Below are positions 19,529 to 29,416 of a stretch of DNA of 64,000 nucleotides, one piece after another. The stretch spans positions 1 through 64,000 of IMG/VR virus record IMGVR_UViG_2706795919_000001; one strand, 5' to 3'. The notes under the pieces are model-generated. The model saw only the letters and a program-made list of their open reading frames with translations, had not been told where the DNA came from and searched no databases. Within the stretch, counting starts at the first letter, position 1. Each line of letters starts with the position of its first letter. The position numbers and the translations under genes were made by a program. This DNA is from a virus. Lineage: Duplodnaviria > Caudoviricetes.

Positions 19529-22035
19529 TGGGTGCAAACCTACCCAATAAGCAGGACGGGCTTGACCCCGGCGCGTGGCTCGCGCATTGGATGCTTACCA
19601 ACGACCTGTCGAAGCTGGCGAACCGCACAGAGGATCAGGTACGGGAGTATTTCGCCGCTCAGGTGCAGAACGACGGCGGGTGGACTGACGCGTCTACGAC
19701 GTTCTTTCAGATGATCCTTAGCGGGTTCCAGAACCTTGGCGAGTTCACGTCCCTGATCGTTCAGGCGATTACGGGCGAGCCGGGCGCGCTAACGGACCTA
19801 CAGGCGTTCCTAAGTGATCGCTGGGCTGACCTAGCGGCTGCGTTCGGGGCTATCGCTGAACTGATCGACGGTATCGCCGGTAAGGCTGGCGCGACGTTGG
19901 TTGAGGCGATTGAGAAGCTGGCGACGTACCTGACGGAGGAATCTCCGCTTAGCGCGCTTAACCTGTTCGGCCAGATCAATCCGGGCAACCTGGGGCAGGT
20001 CGGGCTTGGGTCTATCGGCCTGGTGTCCCCGGAGCTGCTTGACAACGGCGGCATGAACAGCGCCATTTCCGTTAAGAACAACCCGGACTTTGTGTGGGAC
20101 GGAACGGTCGGCCACTCCAATGTGGGGTCGGCTAAGACGACCGCTAACGGGTCGATTAAGACGCTGCGCTCTAACACCGTCAATGTCACGCAGAACGAGG
20201 AACTGTCGGTGTCCGTCTGGGCCAATTACTCGGGCGTGACGGCGACGGCGGGCCAGAACGGTATCCGCTTGTCGGTGTCGGCCTACTCGGACAACGATGG
20301 GGTTCTGTCGCTCGTCAGCACGACGATGATTGAGGGCATTGCCTCTCCAACGGGCACTGCGGGCGGCTGGGTTGAACTCTCAGGCACTTACACGGTCCCG
20401 GCAGGGGTTGATGTGGTCGTGGCTGAATTGACCGTCACAAGCGCTGTGAGCGCCGGAACGGTTTGGTTCGATGACGCCTCGCTGAAAAAGAATCCGAACT
20501 TCCGTATGGAATGGGTTAGCGGCCTGGTGTCTCGGTTCAGCCAAGTCACCGCTGAGCTAGAGGACGCCATTAGCCAGGTGTTGCACCTAGACGAGTGGCA
20601 GGACTTTCTAGATCAGGTCAAGGGCGGCGTCGGTGGCACCATTGCCGACTTGCTAAGCAAGATTCAGTGGCTCACTGGCGGCGGGCTGTTCGATGCGTCG
20701 AAGCTGACGAACGCAAGCAACATCGTTAACCTGCCGGGCGAGAAGGTTTCGGGCATCGCGTCGAACATCGTCGAGGACTTCCAGAACAACATTGACGCTC
20801 TGGTGAACCGGCTATTCGGCAGCAACAACTCTAACCAGACGCTAGCGGACGCTAACGAGGCGCTTAAGTCGCTTAAAGAGACGGTTATGGGCCTGTCGCA
20901 GGACGTGCAGGACTTGAAGATTCAGGCGACGGGCGACAGTAACTCGGGCAAGAACTACCGGGTTGACTTCACTAAGCTGCCGCCTTCGTCGGACTTCTCT
21001 ACGGCTCCGTTCGATCTGACCTACCTGAACAGCACCGGCCATCTGCGGATCAACAGTCAGGCTGAGTGGGTCGAGGGCAGCGGCGCGGACAACTACGTGC
21101 TGGCTCGCTATACGGGCGGCGTGACGGACACCGACTACCAGTTGATTCAAGCGACGGTGGCCGGGCCTCCGGAGGTTGGCGCGTCTAACTGGGCTTGCGC
21201 GCGCATGAGCGCCGACAAGCAGAACTTCGTCTACGCGAAGGGCTACCGGGCGGGCGCGTTCGGTCTGGGCTTCTACGCGGAGCTTGGCTGCTACGTGAAC
21301 GGCGTGCCGCACGTCTTTCAGACGAATATCCCGGCGACGTACAACTACAACCTGTCGGTCCGTGTCGGTATCTCGGGCAACCCTTACCGGTTCCAGGTGC
21401 TTAGCGGTTCCAAGGTGGTGGCTGACTTTACGGACACCACGCATGTCAGTCAGATAGGCGCTAACTACCGGGGCTGGGGATTCCTGTCGATGACGGGTAA
21501 CTCGGGTTCGGCCTCACCGGCTCCGGCTGCCTTCGTTGGCTGTTCGGATAACGCTCCGGTGGCGGTGGTCGGTACGACGATGCGTGCGTACCGGTCGGTG
21601 ACTTCTAACGTCACGCCGTCTACCGGCGATGTGGTGCTGCCTGCTAACACGTTCGATGTTGTCGATTACAAGAGCGCTGACCTTGTGTGGGACCCGGCGA
21701 TTAACGCGGTGGGAATCACTAAGGACGGTACTTACCTCTGCACGGCGCGATTGGAGTACGACAACGTTGCAGGCATGGGTGCTACTGACTGGCATCTGAT
21801 CTGGTACGTCAACTCGGTCATTAAGGCGATTGGTAAGCCAACTAAGTCGGTGTTGATTAACGGCTTCGGCGTCCCGGCCACTTCGGCTGACTCGGGCGTC
21901 GGTGGCGATCCGTTCGTCTACTACCTGAAAGCAGGAGACATTCTGCAAATCGGTATGGGTTCGACGGGTTCAACGCAGATCAAGGGCGAGAGCACAGGCA
22001 AGTGGACGCACTTCACCATTACTAAAATCACCTAA
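19528..22035 (+). CDS. minor tail protein (carbohydrate-binding-like domains)
   Basis: 835 aa; WVELSGTYTVPAGV...VWFDDASL CBM-like segment; tail module. Confidence 0.8.
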   Translation: MGANLPNKQDGLDPGAWLAHWMLTNDLSKLANRTEDQVREYFAAQVQNDGGWTDASTTFFQMILSGFQNLGEFTSLIVQAITGEPGALTDLQAFLSDRWADLAAAFGAIAELIDGIAGKAGATLVEAIEKLATYLTEESPLSALNLFGQINPGNLGQVGLGSIGLVSPELLDNGGMNSAISVKNNPDFVWDGTVGHSNVGSAKTTANGSIKTLRSNTVNVTQNEELSVSVWANYSGVTATAGQNGIRLSVSAYSDNDGVLSLVSTTMIEGIASPTGTAGGWVELSGTYTVPAGVDVVVAELTVTSAVSAGTVWFDDASLKKNPNFRMEWVSGLVSRFSQVTAELEDAISQVLHLDEWQDFLDQVKGGVGGTIADLLSKIQWLTGGGLFDASKLTNASNIVNLPGEKVSGIASNIVEDFQNNIDALVNRLFGSNNSNQTLADANEALKSLKETVMGLSQDVQDLKIQATGDSNSGKNYRVDFTKLPPSSDFSTAPFDLTYLNSTGHLRINSQAEWVEGSGADNYVLARYTGGVTDTDYQLIQATVAGPPEVGASNWACARMSADKQNFVYAKGYRAGAFGLGFYAELGCYVNGVPHVFQTNIPATYNYNLSVRVGISGNPYRFQVLSGSKVVADFTDTTHVSQIGANYRGWGFLSMTGNSGSASPAPAAFVGCSDNAPVAVVGTTMRAYRSVTSNVTPSTGDVVLPANTFDVVDYKSADLVWDPAINAVGITKDGTYLCTARLEYDNVAGMGATDWHLIWYVNSVIKAIGKPTKSVLINGFGVPATSADSGVGGDPFVYYLKAGDILQIGMGSTGSTQIKGESTGKWTHFTITKIT

Positions 22036-22044
22036 GGGGGGCTT

Positions 22045-23244
22045 ATGTCGTGGGATATAAGCCCACCTGATTTGTCCCGCTCTCCGGCTCGGGGTTGGTT
22101 CCCGCCGATTGATAGCACGCCTCCCACTTACGGGACTGGCTGGTGGGTCGTTCTCAACGTGGAGAACGCCTTATCGGTGCATTGCGTGACTGAGGCTGAG
22201 CTTGGGGCGCTGCTGCATCTGGACATGGTTGCAGCGGTTGAGGCTGACCGGGACGCGGCTCTGCGTCAGGTTTCCATGTTGGTCGCTAACAGGCCGATTG
22301 AGGTTGACCGCGTACTCCACATGAGCGCGACGTTCCAGTTCGACTCTGAGTTGTCGGTGGCGGTGGAAAGGTCGCTGAGCTTCACCCGGACTACGGGTCT
22401 GGACTTGGCGGCGCTGATCACGGCGAACCTGTCGCTCGGCCTTAAGTCGGTTGGTCCGCTTAGCACTCCGCTAAGCCTGACCGCCAACCGGGCCGCAGCA
22501 CTGACCAAGGTTGCGACTCTGGGCTTGCCGCAGTCGTTGTCGGTGGATCGGGTTGCAGAACTTGGCATTCGGTCGAGCATTGACGCGGCTCAGACGATCA
22601 CCGGCGACCGGTCGCTTGAGCTTGCGCGGGTCAATTCGATTGCGGCGGCTCAGACGATCAACGCTAACCGCTACGCGGAGATGGGTTTCCCTCCGTACAC
22701 GGCGGCGGGGCAGACGTTTACGACAGTCGGCGCTTACACGTACACAATTCCGCGTAGGGCCAACTTCATTGACGTGATCCTGCTTGGCGGCGGCGGCGGC
22801 GGTCGCGGAATGATCAACTTCGGTGCCTGGGGGCAGGGTGGCCGCGCTTCGTCGTGGGCCATTGTGACGCTTACGCGCGGTGTGCATATTCCGTGGGGCA
22901 CGTTAACGATCACCGGGACGATTGGCGACGGCGGTAACGGTAGCTCGGCGTCATTCCTTCCCGCTGCGGGTTCTCCGGGCGGTAATACGACGGCGACGGC
23001 TGCGGGCTGGGGAGGGCTTACGTCTACGGGCGGGGCTGGCGGCGGTAACTCCATTGATCCCGGTGGACAGGGCGTGGACCCGCAGACGCAGACGCTTAGC
23101 GGTCAGACCTATACGGGCGGCGGGCTAACCGCTGGCGGGGATGATGCTGGCGTTCCTGGCGGTGGCGGGCCTGCGGGCATCGTGACCTTTTCCGCTGGCA
23201 AAAAGGGTGGTCGCGGTCAGGCGTGGTTTTACGCATATCAATAA
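22045..23244 (+). CDS. minor tail protein, glycine-rich C-terminus
   Basis: YTIPRRANFIDVILLGGGGGG Gly-rich domain typical of mycobacteriophage tails. Confidence 0.8.
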   Translation: MSWDISPPDLSRSPARGWFPPIDSTPPTYGTGWWVVLNVENALSVHCVTEAELGALLHLDMVAAVEADRDAALRQVSMLVANRPIEVDRVLHMSATFQFDSELSVAVERSLSFTRTTGLDLAALITANLSLGLKSVGPLSTPLSLTANRAAALTKVATLGLPQSLSVDRVAELGIRSSIDAAQTITGDRSLELARVNSIAAAQTINANRYAEMGFPPYTAAGQTFTTVGAYTYTIPRRANFIDVILLGGGGGGRGMINFGAWGQGGRASSWAIVTLTRGVHIPWGTLTITGTIGDGGNGSSASFLPAAGSPGGNTTATAAGWGGLTSTGGAGGGNSIDPGGQGVDPQTQTLSGQTYTGGGLTAGGDDAGVPGGGGPAGIVTFSAGKKGGRGQAWFYAYQ

Positions 23245-23271
23245 CTCAATAACAACTTCATAGGGGGCTTT

Positions 23272-23655
23272 ATGGCGTACGGCATTTCTACGTACCTTGC
23301 TAACAAGCTGCTAGATCACGCGTTTAGGAATGTGGCTTATACGCCACCGACTGCGATTTACGCGAAGCTGCACTTGGGCGATCCGGGCGCAGCCGGTACG
23401 GGTAACTCTTCGGCTCTGACGACGCGCATTGCGACGACGTTTAGCGCGGCGGCTGCTGGCGTTATCGCTATCTCCAATACTCCGGAATTCACGCTTAACG
23501 CGACGGAGACGATTGTGGGCGTCTCATTCTGGGACGCGTCTACGGGCGGCAACTTTCTGTACTCGGTGCAGGCGTCGGTATCTAAGGGTGGCGCTTCGGG
23601 CGACATTATCCGCCTGGCTACTAACACGTTCGGTTTGTCACCGATTGCCGCTTAA
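23272..23655 (+). CDS. minor tail protein
   Basis: LHLGDPGAAG...FWDASTGGNFL motif. Confidence 0.75.
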   Translation: MAYGISTYLANKLLDHAFRNVAYTPPTAIYAKLHLGDPGAAGTGNSSALTTRIATTFSAAAAGVIAISNTPEFTLNATETIVGVSFWDASTGGNFLYSVQASVSKGGASGDIIRLATNTFGLSPIAA

Positions 23656-23666
23656 GGGGGTTAAGG

Positions 23667-24608
23667 ATGCTTAACCTCGCTCCGACGATGGAAACGCTCG
23701 CCTTGTCGGCGGGCAGCGCGTTTGAGATTCCGGGCTGGCGGCTTAAGGGCGCTTACCCGGCTGGCACCGTAGCGAAGATCGTTTTCACGGACGACGCGGG
23801 CGGTCTGCTGGGGGAGTTTCCCGGCTCGGTGACCGCGAAGGAAATTCACTACATTCAGACTGCGGATGACGTTAAGAACATTCCGCACGGCGCGAACTTC
23901 CAACTGTTCGTGCAGTACCCGGCCTCACAGCCGATCTGTACGCATTACGGAACGGTGATCCGGCGCGAGCCGCGTTATCCGCTTAGCACGGTGGTTAGTC
24001 CTGAGGACTCGGCTGTGCAGTACACGGCGAACTTCATTGGCGAATATATCGGGCCGATGTGGAAGCCGATGGGTAACGGCTGGGGATCGCTCGGGATTCA
24101 CACGCACGCGCTGATCAGCCAGGACCCTTCGATGGGTCCCAACTATGCGCTGTTCAGTGAGGCGTGCGCGCGCTGGCTGTGGCCGCTGAATATGGACTCG
24201 GTAACGATCAACCTAAAGGTGCTTAACGTCGGTGCCGGAAAGCTCAATGTCATCGTCTGCGGCGATTACACGCTTGAGACGTACATGGGCATTCAGTTTG
24301 AAACCGGCATTAGCAATAACCGGGTCCGGGCGATTACCGGTAAGGGTCCATTGGAGTACGACTACCAGGGGACCGCGGTCAATAACACGACCGCTAACGG
24401 TGACGTTTATCAGGTCAAATACAACTTCCTGTCTAACAAGCTGGCGCTCTATAAGGGCACCAGCCTTACCCCGCTCTTGGAGTGGGAGGACGTAGACAAC
24501 ATCGTTCCGCACGGCGAGGGATTCCGTTATACGGGCCTCGCTTGGCAAACGTCGCTGTTTACGCCGGGCGTTGAGCCTACAGCTTGGGAAGCCAAGGACG
24601 GCGTTTAA
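23667..24608 (+). CDS. minor tail / structural protein
   Basis: 313-aa beta-rich protein at end of tail module. Confidence 0.6.
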   Translation: MLNLAPTMETLALSAGSAFEIPGWRLKGAYPAGTVAKIVFTDDAGGLLGEFPGSVTAKEIHYIQTADDVKNIPHGANFQLFVQYPASQPICTHYGTVIRREPRYPLSTVVSPEDSAVQYTANFIGEYIGPMWKPMGNGWGSLGIHTHALISQDPSMGPNYALFSEACARWLWPLNMDSVTINLKVLNVGAGKLNVIVCGDYTLETYMGIQFETGISNNRVRAITGKGPLEYDYQGTAVNNTTANGDVYQVKYNFLSNKLALYKGTSLTPLLEWEDVDNIVPHGEGFRYTGLAWQTSLFTPGVEPTAWEAKDGV

Positions 24609-24633
24609 GCCGGTTAAGGAAAGAAAGGAACAG

Positions 24634-24741
24634 ATGAAGCTAAAGGCAATTCTATTCGTGCTAGGTCTGGCCGTGAAGGTTATCCCCGGCAAGGTGGATG
24701 ACGAGGCTTACGAACTGATCAAGAAGCTGCTAGGTCAGTAA
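24634..24741 (+). CDS. small hydrophobic protein (35 aa)
   Basis: AAGGA RBS; MKLKAILFVLGLAVKVIPG...; TAA overlaps lysin A ATG. Confidence 0.55.
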   Translation: MKLKAILFVLGLAVKVIPGKVDDEAYELIKKLLGQ

Positions 24742-26216
24742 TGCCTAGAACCGTTTACGGAAACGATTGGTCCGAAAACGGTTGGAGAATGATTTGGGAC
24801 ACGGAGTGCCAGTGGACGAATATCCCTGGCACTTCGGTCACATTGCAGATCGCTAAGGGGTGGCCGCTCGCTATCATGCGGGCGTTCGCCGCCGACTTCA
24901 ACGCTTATGTCGAACCTCTGCGGGACCCTGACTCTGCGTGTTGGACGCTAACCAACTCGGTTGGCACGTCTAACCACCTGTCGGGCACTGCGATGGACCT
25001 TAACTGGAACAGTCACCCGTTTAAGATCGCTAACGCTGGCTTTGACGCTGCGAAGATTGCCACCGTTCGGGAGTTGCTTGACTTCTACGAGGGCACGATT
25101 TTCTGGGGGAACGACTGGTCATCGCCTAAAGACGCGATGCATTTCCAGATGGGCTACAACACGTACGGCCAGGCGCGCGTGGGCGACTTTATCGCTCGCA
25201 AGATTCGGGCTGACGGGTTCTCTACGTTCCGGCGCGGAAACACGCCTCAGGCGTCCGATCCGGCGCTGATCCTGTCTCGGGCTACCGGCCTGACGATTAA
25301 TCGCGCACAGGAGATTCTACCGGCTGTTGCGGCGGGTCTGAGGCAGTCCGACTGCCTGACCCCGGCCCGTATCGCCATGTGGCTCGCTCAGTGCGGCCAT
25401 GAGTCGGCGGGGTTCAACGCGACGGAGGAATACGAGGACGGCGACGAGTCGCAGGAGCGTTGGAAGTACAAGGGTCGGACGTGGATTCAACTGACGTGGC
25501 TTAGCGCTTATCGCGGCTTCGGTCAGTGGTGCTACGCGCGCGGCCTGGTCAATGACCCGGAAGTGTTCGTTAAGAATCCGAAGTCACTCGCTGATCTGCA
25601 ATGGGCCGGTCTAGGCGCTGCCTATTACTGGACGACGACCGTCCGGAGCACGCGCAAGTACCCGACGCTTAACGAGGCGTCGGACGCGCGCGACGTGTTG
25701 GTGGCAACTCAAATCATTAACGGCGGGACTAACGGCCTACCTGACCGTCAGGACCGCTACAACCGTGCCGTCGCTGTTGGCGACGATCTAACACTAATTA
25801 TCACTGAGGGGGATGATTTCTTGAGCGCGCTTAATGCAGACGAACAGCGCGAAATGCTCAATCTGCTGCGGTGGATCGCGGCTCCCGAATATGGCGAGCT
25901 TCGCAAGCTGTTCCAAGACGAGAACATGTACCGCGAGGGCAACGAGCGTAACGGCACGTTGGCTAAGAAGGTGTTCAACTCTGCCACGTTCGGGTGGGAG
26001 GACCGCGTTGAGCGGAGCGCTGAGCGCGGCGAGGAATGGGCTTTGGACCTAGTTGCTCAGGCTGCGGCTGGAACGCTAGCTGGCGTTAAGCGGGCTGACG
26101 GTACTCCTGATCCGTTCCTGGTTGGTCACGCGAGGTCAGTTCTTAAGGACCTTGAGAAGCACTATCCCGAAGTGCTTGAGGAATACCTGGCTAAGAAGAG
26201 GGGAGGGGCTGCTTAA
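24741..26216 (+). CDS. lysA: lysin A (M15-like peptidase + GH19 glycoside hydrolase)
   Basis: SENGW N-terminus, SNHLSGTAMD and DAMHFQ peptidase motifs; LAQCGHES, YKGRTWIQLT, INGGTNGL GH19 motifs. Confidence 0.92.
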   Translation: MPRTVYGNDWSENGWRMIWDTECQWTNIPGTSVTLQIAKGWPLAIMRAFAADFNAYVEPLRDPDSACWTLTNSVGTSNHLSGTAMDLNWNSHPFKIANAGFDAAKIATVRELLDFYEGTIFWGNDWSSPKDAMHFQMGYNTYGQARVGDFIARKIRADGFSTFRRGNTPQASDPALILSRATGLTINRAQEILPAVAAGLRQSDCLTPARIAMWLAQCGHESAGFNATEEYEDGDESQERWKYKGRTWIQLTWLSAYRGFGQWCYARGLVNDPEVFVKNPKSLADLQWAGLGAAYYWTTTVRSTRKYPTLNEASDARDVLVATQIINGGTNGLPDRQDRYNRAVAVGDDLTLIITEGDDFLSALNADEQREMLNLLRWIAAPEYGELRKLFQDENMYREGNERNGTLAKKVFNSATFGWEDRVERSAERGEEWALDLVAQAAAGTLAGVKRADGTPDPFLVGHARSVLKDLEKHYPEVLEEYLAKKRGGAA

Positions 26217-26617
26217 TGAATCCTAAGATTCGTCAGTCCATTTATTACGTCGGCGCTATCGTGCCGGGCCTCCTGGGGCTGTTTATGCTCTGGGCTGGTC
26301 TAACGCAGGATGACGCGGACAGTATTCAGAACATCGTTTCGGGCGTTGTTTCGATTCTCGGTGCGGGCGCTCCGGCCACGGCTGCCATTAAGGTCGGCCA
26401 GCAGCGTAAGGACGGCACGTTCGATTCCGTTAGCCCGGCTGAGGCTGTCGTTAACGGAGTCCAGGCTGTGCTTGAGGCGCAGGCCAGCGCGGCGGCTGAG
26501 GTTGACAAGGTTAAGACGGCCATTACCGGCGCGGTTAACCAGATTCCGGGTTTCGGTCCGCTGGCCGCGCAGATTATCCAAGCGTCCGGTTTCGACCTTG
26601 GGAAGTCGCAGGGCTAA
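26216..26617 (+). CDS. holin
   Basis: Two N-terminal hydrophobic helices; between lysA and lysB. Confidence 0.8.
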   Translation: MNPKIRQSIYYVGAIVPGLLGLFMLWAGLTQDDADSIQNIVSGVVSILGAGAPATAAIKVGQQRKDGTFDSVSPAEAVVNGVQAVLEAQASAAAEVDKVKTAITGAVNQIPGFGPLAAQIIQASGFDLGKSQG

Positions 26618-27661
26618 ATGCCCTTGCGCTTAGGCGACCGTAACGAATCGGTGCGCCAGTGGCGGGTAAAGATGAATGCGTGGTTTGGCGGGCTTTATAC
26701 CCGCCTCCACGGCCCGCTGCCTATGGATACAGACGAGTTCGGCCCTCGCGCCGTGCTCTGGCAGAAAGAGTATGAGTTTCGGACCGGGCAGGTTCAGGAT
26801 GGCGTGGTTAGCGATAACGACCTAAACGCGCTTAAGGTTCCGCTGCCGGTAGTTATTGGTCCGTCGATTATCCACTTCTCAATCAACGGTGCCGGTTCTA
26901 CATGGGACATGGGCTACCCGTATGACATTGGCGAGCTTCTAGATAAGCGGAAGTGTTATCACCAGCCTGTCGGCTATGACACTTCGCCGGTGCCTATGAG
27001 TCGTGGCGTTAAGACGGGCGTTGAAGAGTTCATCCGGTTGCTGCGTCTGCACAACTGCCAGGTTGTTCCGTGGTGCTTCACCGCGTACAGCATGGGTGCC
27101 ATCGTCGCTATGACGGTGCTAATGCGGGTCCTGTACGGCGATCTGCAAGAGTTCAAGGCCACCTACAGGGGCAGTAACGCGTTCGGCAATCCGATGCGTC
27201 AGAACGGGCATACGTTCCCCGGCTGCGCCTACTCGGACGGCGAGGGGATTGTGCTGCCTAACGCGCATGACACTCCGGCTGAGCACTGGGACTTCACGTC
27301 GGATAAGCGGATGGTTGGCGCTAAGGGGGATGACCTCTACTCGTCGTTCGCTAAGCCGGGTAGCTCGGCTGAGCAGAACGAGAACATGCGCGCTGTCTGG
27401 GACATTGTGAATACCGGTAACCCGCTTAACTTGGGTAAGCAGGTATTGGAGTTGGTTCTGTCTCCGACGTGGCACGAAGCGCAAGGCGCTGCTACTGCCG
27501 CGTGGGATGCGATTGTGTTCTTTATCGCTAAGGGCACTAGTCCACATACGACGTACCAGTTCATTAAGCCGATTCCCGGCGACCCGCGCGACTGTTGGCA
27601 GATCGCGCTTAATCACATGCAAGACATTGTTGCCAGCGTGCCTATGCGCGCGGCGGCTTAG
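26618..27661 (+). CDS. lysB: lysin B (cutinase-like esterase)
   Basis: N-terminal PG-binding-like segment; AYSMGA nucleophile elbow, FGNPMR, DDLY, H motifs. Confidence 0.88.
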   Translation: MPLRLGDRNESVRQWRVKMNAWFGGLYTRLHGPLPMDTDEFGPRAVLWQKEYEFRTGQVQDGVVSDNDLNALKVPLPVVIGPSIIHFSINGAGSTWDMGYPYDIGELLDKRKCYHQPVGYDTSPVPMSRGVKTGVEEFIRLLRLHNCQVVPWCFTAYSMGAIVAMTVLMRVLYGDLQEFKATYRGSNAFGNPMRQNGHTFPGCAYSDGEGIVLPNAHDTPAEHWDFTSDKRMVGAKGDDLYSSFAKPGSSAEQNENMRAVWDIVNTGNPLNLGKQVLELVLSPTWHEAQGAATAAWDAIVFFIAKGTSPHTTYQFIKPIPGDPRDCWQIALNHMQDIVASVPMRAAA

Positions 27662-27673
27662 GAGGTAAGGACA

Positions 27674-28135
27674 TTGTTGGTATTTGACGAGCAGTTGCCG
27701 GTGCTGGACGACAGCTTTGAGGGCAATGAGGTAAATCTGCTAGCGGTCCGTGGCCGCAGGGTTGACCCGCACTTTCGCCGGAACTACGCATGGGCCAAGC
27801 ACGCGATTGATCGCGGCGCGATCCGCAAGGTGGTTGTGATCGTGGCGCTCGGCTCGGACTCTTGGGTCCATACGGTCGGTGCGGTCACGTCGGCGCTCTC
27901 GGGCGGCAAGCTGCACCAGGGCGCGCGGTTCAAGGTGGACGCTGAGGTCAGCGACATTGGCACTGACAAGGTGACGCAGGTTCTCGCGGCGCTCAAAGAG
28001 CTTGAGGGTCCAAAGGACGTTTACGTTCTGGACAATGCGAAGGCTCTTGCGACTAAGCAGCCTAAGCCGAAGCCTGCACCGAAGCCGGAGCCTGAACAGC
28101 CGGTGGAGGATACCCCGCCAGTTAGCGAGAGCTAA
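27674..28135 (+). CDS. hypothetical protein
   Basis: 153-aa ORF with GGAGG/AAGGA RBS. Confidence 0.65.
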   Translation: MLVFDEQLPVLDDSFEGNEVNLLAVRGRRVDPHFRRNYAWAKHAIDRGAIRKVVVIVALGSDSWVHTVGAVTSALSGGKLHQGARFKVDAEVSDIGTDKVTQVLAALKELEGPKDVYVLDNAKALATKQPKPKPAPKPEPEQPVEDTPPVSES

Positions 28136-28137
28136 GC

Positions 28138-28557
28138 ATGGAGACGGGCGACTGGACTGTAATGCTGACGACGAACTGGCCGACGATTGCGGTTGTCGCG
28201 TCGTTAATGTTCGGCATCTATGTCATCGTCCGTTTCCTGGCTGGAACTTTTGAGGCGTTTGGTGATGCGCTCGGGCCGGTAGGGAAGTGGTTCCAGGCCC
28301 GGCGCGCAATCTCGCAAGCTGAATCAGACGATATGCGGCGTCAGATCGTGGCCTTGGATAGGCGCGTTCGGGCGCTGCTGTATCGGGACGAATGTTACTT
28401 CGCGTACATGGTGACGGATGCGGAGTGGCACCGCAGGGCAGAGCTTATCGCTATCGCTAAGGGCTGGGACCTAGAGCCACATATCCCGTTCCTCCGCTTC
28501 CGTGATCAGTGGATGCGCGAACGAGGAATTGATAAGGAACTAGAAATATGGACGTAA
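28138..28557 (+). CDS. membrane protein (lysis-associated)
   Basis: N-terminal TM helix followed by coiled coil. Confidence 0.7.
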   Translation: METGDWTVMLTTNWPTIAVVASLMFGIYVIVRFLAGTFEAFGDALGPVGKWFQARRAISQAESDDMRRQIVALDRRVRALLYRDECYFAYMVTDAEWHRRAELIAIAKGWDLEPHIPFLRFRDQWMRERGIDKELEIWT

Positions 28558-28814
28558 CGGTGTACTCACCGGCTACCCCTTGCACCGGCTGCATGGCTAC
28601 GAAGCTCGCGCTTAAGAAGAACGGACTCCCGTTTGCTGCGGAGATTGCTACTGATGACCAGATTGAGGCGTTTAAGGCTGATGGGCACTCAGCGTTCCCG
28701 GTCGTTGTCGTTGAACTAGGCGACGGCGCTACGTGGACGTGGAGTGGTTATCGCCATGACGACATTAAGCGTCTGAAAGAACTAAGTGAGGAAACGAAGC
28801 CGTTAGCGGCTTAA
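28548..28814 (+). CDS. nrdH: NrdH-like glutaredoxin
   Basis: VTVYS...CTGCMATK, FPVVVV, WSGYRHD. Confidence 0.85.
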   Translation: MDVTVYSPATPCTGCMATKLALKKNGLPFAAEIATDDQIEAFKADGHSAFPVVVVELGDGATWTWSGYRHDDIKRLKELSEETKPLAA

Positions 28815-28820
28815 CAAACT

Positions 28821-28877
28821 CGGGCACTCGCGCTCCCTCTATTTCCCCGGAGGTTGAGCGCGGGTGCCCGCTTTTTT
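28821..28877 (+). terminator. intrinsic terminator ending the late operon
   Basis: CGGGCACTCGCGCTC...GAGCGCGGGTGCCCG then CTTTTTT. Confidence 0.8.
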
Positions 28878-29131
28878 GTGTTTAAAAGGGGACCGACCCG
28901 GCAACAGTGCAACAGCCGATTACCCTTTAAGACGGGCCGGTCCCCCGCCTGGTGGAGAGGGAGGCCAGGGCCAACATGTCGGCCAGTCCTGGCCTCCCCT
29001 GAACGGCTGCCGAAGGTTAACAATGGACCGGGGGGGAGGGGGTGTCCATCGCAGTCATCCGACAGCCGCTTCAAGCCAGGCTAGGGAGTTTTTGGCACCT
29101 GTCAAGCTCGTCAATTTGCTTGCAATTACAG

Positions 29132-29407
29132 CTAATTTTCAGGCCAGGTTACCGGTGGGTATTCCCCGTAGTAACCGGTCAGTTCGTCGCCTCGCAGCAA
29201 AGCTGAGTCCTGTTCGTACGCCCTGTGAACTAAATCACGTTGGAGTTTCCTGTGAGCGTCCAACCGTCGCAGGACGTACGCAAGAATTCGCTTGGCGACC
29301 TTGTAGCTCAGGTACAAGGCCAGACCGAGAAGGACCCACTTCCAGATCGCGGAGACGACCGCGAACAGGACCGCGCCAACCACCAGCCAAACGAAGAGTT
29401 CTCCCAT
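29132..29407 (-). CDS. small membrane protein
   Basis: Hydrophobic N-terminal half; GGGA RBS. Confidence 0.7.
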   Translation of the reverse strand: MGELFVWLVVGAVLFAVVSAIWKWVLLGLALYLSYKVAKRILAYVLRRLDAHRKLQRDLVHRAYEQDSALLRGDELTGYYGEYPPVTWPEN

Positions 29408-29416
29408 AGGGAGAGC

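Noticed and set aside
28864-29409. 181-aa plus-strand ORF across the structured intergenic region
   Set aside because: Starts inside a terminator, has low-complexity Arg/Pro/Gly content and overlaps a plausible minus-strand gene.
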